A stretch of 64,000 bases of DNA from Lama glama (lineage: Eukaryota), in assembly GCA_028534125.1 (NCBI GenBank), contig CM052832.1, forward strand, positions 12,834,001 through 12,898,000. Reading direction: 5' to 3'. The notes beneath the pieces are model-generated. The model ran no database searches, had not been told where the DNA came from, and saw only the letters and a list, made by a program, of their open reading frames with translations. The translations under genes and the position numbers were made by a program. Below are positions 36,924-49,118 of this stretch, piece by piece. Numbering within the stretch: position 1 is the first letter of the stretch; each line of letters begins with the position of its first letter.

Positions 36924-37819
36924 GTAAAGAAAGGGATCTAGGGACAGGAGGAGAGGGTACTGTTTTCTTTGGGAGAAATGAGGTTCTTCAGTCTAATATT
37001 TTTTGAAAAGAGAGAGCATATGTATTTATATACATATGTCTCTGACCTAAAAATAAGGGCCCATGTGTTTGCTGCGGCCCATTTTTAACGTCCCCCAACT
37101 CGATGACACTTTGGTTATTGCCCTCTCCCCTCCTCCGTTCCATTTGGACCCGGATAATTTTTAAATCTGTAGAGGAAGATCAATATGGTCCGATGGCAGA
37201 GAGTTGCTAACTGTTCAACATGTGAGTAACGGTCGTGAGAGGTTCCTAAGAACCTCTCTCTCCTCAGGTAATTGATCACTATTAAAGGACTAGAGCTATG
37301 GGTGAAATTCAAATGACCGAATCCCTGTTTCAACCAATTACTGTCACTTTCTGACTGTGAGAACCCAGATGCCACAAGCTGTTTAGGAAATATTTTATCC
37401 ATTCAATTCAGACTACCAAGAAACATATCTTGAGAGGACATAGAACATGGCGAAGACATTAATTACAAAGACTAAAGATGTACCCCCAAACATCCTTAAT
37501 GGCCCTTATTAATCTATTGTAAGTCTTTCACCCTTGAGTTTATTTTCAATCTGGTTTTGACTCATAATGACATTTAATATTAGCATTTTGAATCCTCTGA
37601 ATGTCCTGTTGGTGTTTTTTGCTCTTTTTAAGTTTCTGTGGTACTTAAGTGATTGGGGCAGGGGTGGGGGGTGGGGAGGCAGGGAGCACAGCCTACTCCA
37701 GGATAGTTTTTTGTCCCAACAAAGAACTGTTGAGGTGGGCTGGTTGTTCCCCACCACTACTCCTGGTTATTGCTAGCACAGTCCTTCCACGTATTGGAAG
37801 GTCTAAAGGACCTTCTATA

Positions 37820-37834
37820 TGCCCTCTAGTGGCC
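37820..37834 (-). promoter_or_regulatory. CTCF motif
   Basis: Minus strand reads GGCCACTAGAGGGCA, matching the core CCASYAGRKGGCR without mismatch. Confidence 0.7.
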
Positions 37835-38699
37835 TCTTTCTACACAGACATTCCCCTCATTTTCAAGCTTCTTTTGTCCCCAGATTTTACAATGAGATTG
37901 TATGAAAAGGACTATTACAATTTTCTCTGAATTTTTCATGTTTTTATAGACTTTCATCTTGTCTCAGGTAGTCACCTTTATGGGCATTTACTCCATCAAA
38001 CAAAATCCCCTCTATCCTTTTAGTTGCCTTTCTTTGGCTCTTCTTTTTCTTTGGATTCAGTGGCTAGCACTGCAGAGTGAGCTCCAAAAGGGATTTCCTG
38101 AGGTTTTGTCTTTATTCTGATGAGTAAAGCTGATGAAGCTCATGTTTTGCCTTTATTCTGGATGGCCAGAACTTTTGCTTGCATTTTCGACTTTTCAAGA
38201 GCTGATGTCTTGAAGGGATAATCTACAGCAGCTTCTAGATCCCCTTCCTCGGTGGCAACTGGCAGCTCAGAGTTCATTATCCTAAAGACATCACTCGAAT
38301 TGTCTTCCCCTGTGTGAGCTGTCTTACACTTGTCCACATGGCAAGTCACCTGCCACTTTCCAGCCTACTCACATAGCTTTAGAAATGTTCCAGAAGATGC
38401 TCTCTATTGACTTGACATTTTCACTATGTGGAAAGCAGAGTGTAATTTGTGTACCTAGAAATGTCTCAAAGTATTCCTTTTTCTTAATCATTTAAGAAAT
38501 GGTAAATTACAGATTCCCCGGGGATGCTGTTAACATTGTTCAACCCAGAGAAGCCCTAATATTCCTACTCTTTATTTTCTATATCTAAGCTAGTTTTTTA
38601 TTCAAGATAAAAAAAAATCGTTTTACGCTAGCTGTTTGGCGATAACTTTTAAAATAGTCCCTGTCAGGGAAATTGAGATGGTTGGGCCCCTTTTCACCA

Positions 38700-39355
38700 C
38701 CACCACCATGACCATCCAAACCTAAACCAACTACATACTTACATCAGCCTACTATTCAGCCTCCTGCTTCCACATTTGCCCACTTAGAGGCTATTCCCCG
38801 CACAGCAGACAGAGAGAACATTTTAGAGCATCAGTCAGATTGTGTCACTCCTCTGCTCAGTACCTTGCAATGGCTCCATCACACTTGGCATAAAATTCAA
38901 GCTCCTTAAAGACCCTATATGATTTGGTTCCACTCTCTTCCTTGCTTAATCTGTTCCAACCACACTTACTGCCTTTTTGCTGTTCTTTGAACAATCCAAG
39001 CATGTTCCTACCTCAGGGCCTTTGTGTTAGCCATTTCCTTTGCTTGGAATTCCCTTTCCCCAAGTATCTGGATGGCTTGCTCCCACATTCCATTCAGGTA
39101 TATTCCCCAGTCTCTTCACTCTGGGGATGCCCTCCCCGACCACCCATCTTAAATAGTGGCCTCCACCACTCTGTTTTTCTTTAAAGCATTATCCCTACCT
39201 GCCCTATTAGATACCTGTTTGTTGCCCACCTCCATCCCCTAGAATGTAAATTCCTCTAAGGCAAGGATTTTGTCTGTTTTGTTCTCTGCTATTCTCACTT
39301 AGAATAGTACTTGGCACTCAGTAAGTGCTTAATATTTACTGAGTGAGAGAATGAA
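38700..39355 (+). mobile_element. L2 3' region
   Basis: cctcagggcctttg...agaatgtaaattcctctaaggcaagga...tggcactcagtaagtgcttaatatttactgagtga. Confidence 0.82.
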
Positions 39356-39750
39356 GAGTATAAATTATTCTTGTCTTTTGGTTCTATGTTGTTCATACAC
39401 AATTTTTGTTGGACAAGATGACACGAACCATGTTTTCTAACCCCCAGCAAAGAGTTTTAAGCTTGCCTGTACTCTTAGTTGAAGAATAGTCTCCGTCTCC
39501 TGGGAAAGACTGTCCTCTTCAAACCGTTTTGCAGCTTCAGAGGAATGAATCTGTACCTAGAATAATGAGGGAGGGAGGCCACCCACCTGGCCACCTGGCC
39601 ATTAAAGGGTGGCAGCTGTGGCAGCAAGACTACCTCACACCAAACTTTGTCCAACTAAAGGTGAAAATCATCGGTTTGAGGTTCCCAAGAGGTCCTTGGA
39701 GCACTTTTGATGGAGACCCTTAATGACAGGCACTCACTGGTCCCCCTTAC

Positions 39751-39908
39751 CAGTGCTTCTCATACTTTAATGTACATGTGAATTGCCTGGAGGGCATGTT
39801 AAACGTCTCCATTCTGATTTAGTAGGTCTCAGGGTGGAGCTTACAATGATGCCGTCTGACAAGCTCCCAGGTGACACTGATGCTGCTGATTTGTGGACCT
39901 CACTTTGT
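39751..39908. mobile_element. MER5-type hAT-Charlie DNA transposon
   Basis: cagtgcttctca...acaagctcccaggtgacactgatgctgctg...ggacctcactttg. Confidence 0.75.
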
Positions 39909-41099
39909 AGACTTTCTGTTACTAGCGCAAGACGGCCTATGATCCTTAGATGAACCTCAAAGATTTGATTATTTTGAAACTATAAATAGAAGACTCTCAT
40001 TGTTGCCTGCAAGTTTTAAGCTTTTCCTTCTTTAACTTCATCTTCATTCAAAGGAGAGTAAAACAACTTAGATTGGAGCAAAGTAGAGTTCGGAGCATAG
40101 GGAATGAGCTTTGCCTGGGTTGCATGAGGACTCAGAAGAGGTGGGCATATCCCAGTCCTTAGAGAAAGTTCCAGGGAAGAGAGAAACCCTGAGTGGCGAC
40201 ATGCAGGAAAAGAAAGAGAAAGACCCGAAGGACTGTAAGGAGGTCCTTTCAGAGCAGCAGCTCCTGGGGAGAGATAAAATCAAGAAAAAAGCCTTTGGAC
40301 TTAGTTACAAAGAGATCACTGGCAGACTTTAACCTCAGCGTAGGAGAGGAGTGGACCCTGTGCTGAGAGGAAGGATTAAGAAATGAGAGCAAGAATCAGC
40401 CCTCACAGTGCACTGCAGAATGTTGGCCCACCAAAGGGATGGTGAGGTCAAGCTGGGATCTAAAAGCAAGAGAGCTTTTTCGGTGCCTAAACAACCATTA
40501 GAAAGAGCCAACTGAGAGAGCTGAGTTATGTTAGAGAAGGCAAAGGGCTAAGCACAAAGACTGAAGAAGGGAGAGGTTATAGGAGTAAAGGAAGGGAGAG
40601 TAGAGTTTGAAAGGGTGGAGGGAAGATTAAGAATTTCTTTCCTAGAAATTTATTCTCAGAAAGTAAGTCAAAAGGAAGGAAAAGAAAGCTCTGTGTACAA
40701 AGATGTTCTCTGCCTTGTAACCAATAATAAACAGGGGGCAAATCAAAAGGATATAAAAGTTTAAACATAAGAAGGCAGTTACACAAATTATGGCTTGCGG
40801 TTTGTAAACCTGCAGCATGCTGAACCATGCTGTGTCATTAAATCGTGCCAATTCGAATGCTACATACTGCATCAGAACGGTTTATGAAATGATGTACAGC
40901 GAGGAAAAAGCAGATTGCAAAATGTCTTCGCCCGATTTCAATAAAAATAGTGTGGGTTTTGTCAAAGAGTGGAACGAAATGTGGGAAATTTTAGCAAATT
41001 TTGTTAGCTAGTAGAACTAAACATTTTTTTATTTCCAGACTTTTTCTCTAATGCTGCCATATTTTTAATTATTATAAAATATATATCAAACAATAAATT

Positions 41100-41479
41100 A
41101 GGAGGTGGCAAACTTTTTCTACAAAGGGCCAGACAATAATGACTTTTGTCTTTGCAAGCCATACAGTCTCTGTTGCAGCTACTCAACTCTGCTGTTGTAG
41201 CATGAAAGCAGCTACAGAGAGGATGGAAGTAAACTAGCAAGGCTGTGTGTGCTTCAATAAAACTTTATTTGTGCCATGAAAATTGGAATTCTATGTGATT
41301 TTCACATGTCAAAAGTATTACTCAAATATATTCTTTATTCTTTATTGAGAAGATTGGCAAGCTACCACCCATGAGCCAGATTTGGTGCACTGTTTTTATA
41401 TGGTCTGTGAACTAAAAATGGCTTTTACATTTTTTAATCGTTGAAAAAAATTGAAAGAATAATATTTTGTGACATGTGA
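41100..41479. mobile_element. MER58-type hAT-Charlie elements
   Basis: ggcaaactttttctacaaagggccaga...gtctctgttgcagctactcaactctgctgttgtagcatgaaagcagc. Confidence 0.78.
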
Positions 41480-41860
41480 GAAAGGAAAAGAAAAATACCA
41501 TATGGTATCACTTACATGTGGAATCTTTAAAAAAAGACACAAATGAATTTATTTACAAAACAGAAACAGACTCATAGACATAGAAAACAAGCTTATGGTT
41601 ACCAGGGTGGGAAGAGGGTGGGAAGGAATAAATTGGGAGTTCAAGATTTGCAGATACTAACTACTATATATAAAACAGATAAACAGCAAGTTTCTACTGT
41701 ATAGCACAGGGAAATCTATTCAATATCTTGTAGTAACCTATAATGAAAAAGAATATGAAAATGAATATATGTATGTATATGAGTGACTGAAACATATTGA
41801 ACCCCAGAAATTGATACAACATTGTAAACCCGCTATACTTTAATTTTTTAAAAAAAAGTC
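41480..41860 (+). mobile_element. Cetartiodactyl-type L1 3' UTR
   Basis: atcacttacatgtggaatct...acagaaacagactcatagacatagaaaacaa...actgtatagcacaggga, followed by an A tail. Confidence 0.88.
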
Positions 41861-42395
41861 AAGGCAAAAATACAGATATTTGCAAACAAAAGAAAAAAAA
41901 AGAATAACGTATAAGAACAAGGTTAAGAAACAAGCAAAAAAACCTTACAGTACAATAAAGTCCCCTTTTCGCCCCTCCCTTATCCCATCCCCCTCCATGT
42001 CTCCAGTGGAAACCACACTCCACTCTCGCCCCTGCTGTAGACTTTTACTATATATGTGCATATCTATAAACAGCGTGTGTTTCATGTTTTGAAACTTTGT
42101 AAATAGCAACACCTGTACACATGCTTCAGCTACGGGCTTTTTTCACTCTGCATTCTGTTGCTACAAGGAGCTCTGGTTTGTTCATCTTAACTGCCCTATT
42201 GCCTTCCACTGTGTAAATATTCCTCAGTTGTCATCTCCAGTTATTTTTATTTTGAACTGTGCTCAGTTAACATGCTTTTTACACATTGCCATGTGCAAAA
42301 TTTTCTTAAGTGAGATGTTTTCAAAGTCTAGTTTGTCCACTCTTGGTGAGTTGAAATAAATTTAAAGGTTGGGACCTTTAATGAAATAGACAGGA

Positions 42396-42457
42396 ACATT
42401 TATACCTTAAAGTTATACAATGTTATGTCAATTATATCTCAGTTTTTTAAAAAAAAG
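42396..42457 (+). mobile_element. About 60-bp terminal L1 fragment with TSD
   Basis: tataccttaaagttatacaatgttatgtcaattatatctc plus an A run; TSD aatagacagga at 42385-42395 and 42458-42468. Confidence 0.7.
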
Positions 42458-43879
42458 AATAGACAGGATTAGAAAAGATCAGAGTGTATTGCATGTAATA
42501 GGAAAAGGCATTGTTGTGCAAAATTTTTATTTCAACTTTATATGCACTTATACATTCATGTGTTTGGGTGTGAATGTGTGTATTTGATTGTAATGTAAAA
42601 TGTATTTCTTTGTTGTTGTTGTCAGAATATTTCAAAAATCACTGCTTTAAGGTACCTAGGAAAAACACTGCTGGATCACAGGATATGAACAATTTCCACT
42701 TACCTAGATATTGCAAAATGCTCTCCAAAATGGTTTTTCCAATTTATATTGGTCCTCACCTCAGTGAGAGTTTCCATTGCTTCACAGCCTCACCTGCGGT
42801 AGGTTTTTCTCATGGGATTTTAAATATATCACATACACTTAAGAATTTATAAAACTAATAATGTGCAGTTCAATGAATAATGGTAACATTTGCACTCATG
42901 TACCCATCCCCACACTGTGCAACAGGACATCACCAGCTGGGCATTCCCCTTTCTCCCCCCTTCAAGTGTAACCACTGTGCAGAATTTTATATTAATCATC
43001 CTCTGTTTTTAATTTTCAATTTATGTTTGTAAACTTATGTAATGTATTGCTGCTATTAATGATATTGTATTGTATCCATTCTCCTGTTGTTTGCTTCTTT
43101 TAGACAACAATATGGTTTTGGGATTTACCCATGTTGATAAGTGTAGCTATAGTTCACTCAGTTTTCACTGCTATATGATACTCCATTTTATAACTAACAC
43201 AGTTTATCTATGTTACTCCTGGTGAGCACTTAGTTGTGTCAGGCCGACCTGCAGCCTGAAGCATGAGTGACACAAATAGATGCTTATGGTTGTAAACCAC
43301 TGGATTTTGCATTGATAGAGTGGCAATAACTGATTATTACAGAAGTGAAATGGAAGAAAAGTAGAAGAGAACAGTGAGCTAGGAGTACTCTTTTGAGAAG
43401 CTTAGCTGTGAAGAGGTTGAGTAGTGAGTGTCCTCCTCCATGTCCTTCCCCTCATCCTCCTCCTCCCCCCATCACTCTTGTTCTGCTTTAGTTCTTTAGC
43501 TGTCTAAAATACAAGCTCCTTTCCCATGTATGGAGAATTTTTCATTCTATGAAATTTTGTGGGAAACAGAGCCCATCTCCCAGGATTATAGCTTAAAAAC
43601 GGCAGCTACTCACTTTCCCACTGAGGCATATGCCCCTGTCATGGGCTCTGCTAATAAAATCTGCCCAACATAGACTTTGAATCAGGAGGAGCTTATGATG
43701 CGAAGGAAAACCAGCAGAAGAGAATCCACTGTGTTGGCGCACAGTGCCAGCTGTGACAGCAACACCAGAGTCTGGTGCCAGAAGGCCTCTCAGTGTAACT
43801 GCGGCATCAAATGCTCATCACTGGAGATAACAGTGTCTCCAGTGGCCCAGCTCTGTGCTGCGGTATTGGCTACCATGCT

Positions 43880-44770
43880 GTAAGCCAAATGGCCCCTGCA
43901 TTAATGGCCGCAGTTCTCCACCTCTCCCTGCATCCGTGTCATCTTGTGGGACCTTCCTATTCTAACTCTAACTCACTCTTGTGACTTGCTTTGATCAATG
44001 GCTGTTAGCAAACATTGCACAAGCAGAAGCTTGCCCTCTGTCTTGGTCCATTTGTGCTGCTATGACGGAATACTACAGACTGAATGGCTTGTAAACAGAA
44101 ATTTATTTCTCACAGTTCCGGAGGCTGGAAGTCCAAGATCGGTGTGCAAGCCTGGTTGGGTTCTGGTAAAGGCTCTCTTCTAGGTTACAGACTGCCAACT
44201 TCTTGCTATGTCCTCACATAGTGGAAGGATCCAGGGACCTCTCTGGAACCTCTTTTATAGGAGCACGAATTTCAGTCAGGAGAGCCCCACCCTCATGACC
44301 TGATCATTTCCCAAAGGCCCCACCTTCTAACGCCATCGCCATCGCCTTGGGCATTGTGTTTTTAACATACGAATTCTGGGAGGACAAAAACACTCAATGG
44401 ATAGCACTCTCACTGTTGTCCTCTGCCACTGCCATGACACCATGTCTAGGCTTGCCTGCTGGATGATGAGAGACACATGGCACTAGACCAAGTCTCCCTG
44501 AGTTACCCCAGCTGAGGCCATCCTGGATCAGCCAACAGCCAGTTGACCCTCAGGCATATGAATGAGCTCAGCCAAAATCAACAAAACTGTCTAGCCAGAC
44601 AGCAGTTGACCCCAGACACTCAAGTGAGTCCAGCTGAGGTCAGCCCAGCTCAGCTCAGCCCCAGATAAGCCAAACCCCAAAGACTTGTAAACTAAGTACT
44701 GTTCATTGTTACATGACACTGAGGTTTTGTGGCTGTTTATGTAGCATGGCTGTGGCCATAGACAACTGAC
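43880..44770 (+). mobile_element. MLT1-type MaLR LTR hosting a nested MLT1A-like LTR
   Basis: gtgacttgctttgatcaatgg ... ccagctgaggccatcctggatcagcc ... gaggttttgtggctgttt...atagacaactgac. Confidence 0.65.
44039..44406 (-). mobile_element. MLT1A-like MaLR solo LTR
   Basis: TG...CA ends, cagaaatttatttctcacagttccggaggctggaagtccaagatc, 5-bp TSD ccctc/ctctc. Confidence 0.85.
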
Positions 44771-45897
44771 GGTTCTCTGGCCCTCTCCACAGGTCTATGA
44801 GCTCTGCCTCTTCTGTGTAAATCAGCCAACAGCTGGTATCTGCTGCTTGCTCTAACACAGAGAAAAGACTGAATGTAAATTAGAAATGTAGAATCAAAGG
44901 AAAGATTGTTTGAGCTGGAAGAAACTAAGCATGCTTATGGGCAGAGGATTGGAGGCAGCTGTATTTATTAGGATGTAAGTTTGACTGCAAAATAACAGTG
45001 CTTTAAACATGACAGAAGTTTACAGTTTTCCTCTCTCATGTAAGAGCCTAAAAGTATGACAGGTCTGTTCTGTGAATCTTCAGAGGCCTAGACTCCTTCG
45101 GCCTGTGCTCTATCTTGTCCTTGCCCAGGTGGTCTGAGGTGACTCCCCACGACACCGGCATTTCAGCTACTGGGGAGAGGGAAAGGGAAGACAGGACTTT
45201 CTCCCTAATACCTGATGGCTACATTCACTTCTCCCCCCTTTCAAGCCATTCTCAGAAATTGGCCACATGCCCACACTCAGCTGCAAGGGGGGCCAGGAAA
45301 GGCAAACCTGACTCTGGCCACCCACGTGTGTATCTAGAAAGTCTGCTTCGGTGGAAGAAGGGGCGAACAGTCGCAGTTCTCGCCTTGTCGATGGAAAGGA
45401 GGGATAATTAGTGGGGCCGGATCTCTATGGCAGACTTTCCTACGCATTTGCTTCCTTCTTCCTTGTTAAGGGGACTCATTTTTTGGAGAAGTGGGGCAAC
45501 CCTGTTCCCAGTCTGGGCATACATCTTGTATGCCTAAGCCAATTATGGCAATCCCACTTAGCTTGGCAGGAACTGACTCCCTCAGCCTGCCCTGCAGCTC
45601 GGGGCGGCCATGTGACCCAGCTCTGGCCAGTGAGTCGAGAAAGGAAGACTGCTGGGGAGGCAGCGGTGTTCTGGGAAATGATTTCCTTCCCATAAAGAGA
45701 CAAACGCAGAGGAGAGCTTACCGGCACACTCCTGCTTGTGATACTGGTGTGAGGCACTCTGGCAGTCAGTTTATGACCACAGAGGAAAGGCCAAGAGAAT
45801 TGCAAATGCCAAGCTAGAGCCTTGCACCTTCTTGAGGATTCAAATGACCATGAGGGATGACTATGAGTGAGCTAGTGGAGGAAGGGGAGAAAAGATA

Positions 45898-46035
45898 ATT
45901 TTGTTTTATTATTATTTTTTTTTTATTTTGGAGGGAAGAAGGTAATTGGGTTTTTTTTAGAGGAGTACTGGGGACTGAACCCAGGACCTTGTGCATGCTA
46001 AGCATGCGCTCTACCACTTGCCCTATACCCTCCCC
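45898..46035 (-). mobile_element. tRNA-Ala-derived camelid-type SINE (Vic-1-like)
   Basis: Same head and body; TSD gagaaaagata at 45887-45897 and 46037-46047. Confidence 0.88.
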
Positions 46036-46704
46036 TGAGAAAAGATATTTGAGGAAGTGAGAGCATTATGTACAGGAGAAGGAATGCTCAGAGACATTCC
46101 TCAAAAAGTTGGATTGGAGTCAAATTGTGAGAACTTTGTATCCAGCAGTATGATTTATTGTCAGAATTGCCTCATTAGAGCTGGGGCTGGTTTCCTTGCT
46201 TGTCAGCTGATTCACCAGCAAAGTATGACAGGCATTTTCTCTTCCCCCATTGGAGAGTTAAAAGACATTTGTTTTGGAAAATCTAGGCTCTTGGTGAAGG
46301 CAGAGATCTAGATTATATGGGTGGCTACAGGTGTAGGTTAAAAAAATGAAGGGAGTAGGACTCATTCCCAACCCCCGACAGCAAGTGGGATTTCCCCACC
46401 CTGGGGGAATGGAGAGGTGCCTGGCCCTGCCCGCCTCGGGGTCTGTGCTTGACTCCCTCCCAGACCCTGGAGTGACAGGATGCCGGATGGGCTGGCTGCG
46501 TGGACCCAGGCTGAGGACTGAGCTGTAAGCCACAGCCTTGGGGCTATGAGCAGTGGGACCACTGAGGCCTGAACATCACGCCTCTCACTGTGATCACAGT
46601 GGCATGAAGTCCAGAGCCCTTCCCTGAGGTTTCAGGATTGGATAAACGGAGTTCTGTGTGACTCCAGCAAGGGGAGAGAGGGGAGTGAAAAAAACTGATT
46701 GAGA

Positions 46705-46873
46705 GGGGGAGGGTATAGCTTAAGTGGTAGAGTGCTTGCTTAGCATGCATGAGGTCCTGGGTTCAATCCCCAGTACTTCCTCTAAAAATAAAAAAACCTA
46801 GTTACCTCCCCCTGACCAAAATAAAATAATTAAGTGATACAATAATAAATTTAAAAAAAACATAAAGCTATTA
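46705..46873 (+). mobile_element. tRNA-Ala-derived camelid-type SINE (Vic-1-like)
   Basis: GGGGGAGGGTATAGCTTAAGTGGTAGAG...GGTTCAATCCCCAGTAC; perfect 17-bp TSD aaaaaaactgattgaga at 46688-46704 and 46874-46890. Confidence 0.9.
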
Positions 46874-47435
46874 AAAAAAACTGATTGAGAAAAAGTTTTT
46901 CCCTAACTCCTTGAGGAAGAAGGCTGAGTCTGATTTCATATTATTTTTTTAAATTAAGATAAAATAATAAAACCACTTTCTTGCATTACAGCGTTCAATT
47001 ATGGTACCAACTCATTCTGTAGAATACAAAGCCAAGGGGAAGGGAGCTAGAAGAGGCACCAATTATCTCGGTAGCTTTTCTTTTTAAGTTGATGGATTTT
47101 TTTTTAACAAGAGAATGTAGATGTGTCTCTAAAAACTCAAGTCCATATATATGCAAAGTATCCATTTTCATTTTTAAAAAATCTAATTAAATTGGCCTGA
47201 TACTGCCAGGCTAGAAGGAAATCCAGTCTCTATCATCACCAGGGCTCCTCTGGCTCTCAGGGATGCCTCAGAATCCGGAGGTAGAACCTGGTGCCAGAAA
47301 CCGGGTCCAGCCTCTTACCCGTGGCCGTCAAGGGGGCTGCTGGCAGCTGCCTCCTGCGAGCCCACGGAATGCAGCCTTGAAGCCCACCAGCTCCTGCCTG
47401 TAGCCACACGTGAGGTGAAGGCATCTTTACTGAGA

Positions 47436-47828
47436 TGTTAAAGAAAAAAAATTATTCATGCCATCTATTAAAGACTCTAAGGATAACTTTCTTCAAAAGG
47501 GACTATTGCAATGGAGGTTCAGTGTTTAGGGGGAGAGAGGGGGCCCAATCCTGAACACAACAAGAATAAGTGGAGATTTACAGATGAGTAGCAGGGTGGG
47601 GGCAGTGGATGGAAAATAACCAAGAGGAAACATCAAGGCTAGGGGATTCTTGCCGAAGGCAGGCCATGGTTATCAGACACCAAAGGTGGGGGATTTTCAC
47701 TCAAATCACTTGGCAGGATTCTTGCTGAAACTGGACTAAGTGGACCAAGGACAGAGCCCAAGGAGTGGGTCTAGTCAAAAAGAGGGCTCAGCTTGAATCA
47801 AGTCTGATTACAGGGGAAGTTTCTAGCA
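47436..47828 (-). mobile_element. ERV1-class solo LTR (MER31/MER67-like)
   Basis: tgttaaagaaaaaaaattattc...cagtggatggaaaataaccaagaggaaacatca...caggattcttgctgaaactgg; TG...CA ends. Confidence 0.7.
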
Positions 47829-48198
47829 CTAGGGGTCCAGCCCCTCCCCAGTTCAATACTCAGACATCCTTCTGAGATCCTGCTCCCTCCCTGCAGCTCT
47901 GCCAGTGAGGACTGCAGGGTCTTAACACCCCCTGCCACCTATGTGGCCACCTTGATTTTTTCTTTTTTGACAAAGAGCAATACCTTTACTGTATAGGGAA
48001 CTCATACAAATTAAAAAAAAAATAACATCCTAATACATGAATGTATTAGGTAAAGGACATAAATAATGTGGAAAGGGCAATAAAACTAGTTAACAAATAC
48101 TTCTAAAATATTCAACCTTAGGAATAATAAATAAGATGCAAATATTAAAGACTTTTCACGTACTCCATAGGTTAAATGGAAAGAATACACCAAAATAA

Positions 48199-48368
48199 GG
48201 GGTGAGGGTATAGCTCAATGGTAGAGTGCATGCTCAGCATGCGCAAGGTCCTGGGTTCAATCCCCAGTACTTCCATTAAAATAATAGTAAGTGAATAAAT
48301 AAATAAATGAACCTAATTACCTCCTCCCCCCCAAAAAAATAAACAAATAAAAATTTAAAAAGCATTTT
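48199..48368 (+). mobile_element. tRNA-Ala-derived camelid-type SINE (Vic-1-like)
   Basis: Same head, body and A-rich tail; degenerate TSD aaagaatacaccaaaata / aaagaataaatcaaaata. Confidence 0.88.
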
Positions 48369-48587
48369 AAAGAATAAATCAAAATAGAAAAGAATTTTAA
48401 AATAGTAATACCAAATAATGACAAATCTATCTTAAAAAGGTATGCACATATACTTCTGGTGGAAGAGAGAATTAGTAACAACCATTCGGTGTTTTGTCTG
48501 TATCTATCTAGAGTTTTTGTAATTGTTTATTTTCTTATTTTAAATTAACTTTATGCTTTAAAAAATACATATACACACACATATAGT

Positions 48588-49118
48588 TGTGGTAGGCACT
48601 CCAAGTCAGTCCTCAATAATCCTGTCTTCTGGTATGTACACCCCTGTGTAGCCTCCTCCTCATGGGCCCTCCAGGGTGCCATGTGTGACCAGCTGAAATG
48701 ATAGATGTCACTCTGGAGATTAGACTGTAAAAGGCACTGCAGCTTCCATTTTGCTCTCTCTCTCTCACTTGCTCTGGGGGATGCCCACTGCCATGCTGTA
48801 AGGACACCCAGGCAGCCTATAGAAAAGCCCACGAGGTGAAGAGTTGAGGTCTGTGGCCAAAAACCAGCAAGAAACTAAGGTTTCCTGCCAACAACTAAGT
48901 GAGTGAACTTGAATGTGGATCTCCTCCCCACAGTAAAACCTTCACATCACTGCAGCCTGAGCCATCAGCTGAACAGAACAAGAGACCCTGAGCCAGAACC
49001 ACCCAGCAAAGCCACTCCCAGATTCCTGACCCACAGAAATTATGAGATAATAAATTTTTGTTATCATCAGCTTCTAACATTTGAGGTCATTTGTTATAGA
49101 GCAAAAGATAACCAATAT
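48588..49118 (+). mobile_element. MLT1 (D/E/F-like) MaLR solo LTR
   Basis: tgtggtaggca...ccagattcctgacccacagaaattatgagataataaat...tttgttatagagcaaaagataaccaata. Confidence 0.82.

Larger units (their letters stand above)
36470..36930. promoter_or_regulatory. CpG island / bidirectional promoter of TBC1D22B (-) and probably TMEM217 (+)
   Basis: The only strongly CpG-dense stretch. YY1-type CGCCATCTTG at 36706-36715, ATTGG at 36749-36753, CCAAT at 36782-36786, CRE-like TAACGTCA at 36825-36832, GC box GGGAGGCGGGGC at 36880-36891; no TATA box seen. Confidence 0.85.

Noticed and set aside
38117-38205. CTGATGA motifs suggesting a hammerhead ribozyme or C/D snoRNA
   Set aside because: There is no stem II followed by GAAA for a hammerhead, the C box lacks its 5' purine, and there is no terminal stem with the downstream CTGA.
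38140-38349. 69-aa minus-strand ORF containing HTGE (zinc-finger linker-like)
   Set aside because: No C2H2 spacing, a non-ATG start, and no processed-pseudogene hallmarks that I can identify.
46705-46780. Apparent tRNA-Ala(AGC) gene (also the heads of the other four copies)
   Set aside because: These are SINE heads: they share a body, A tail and TSDs, show CpG decay in the stems, and occur as multiple diverged copies.
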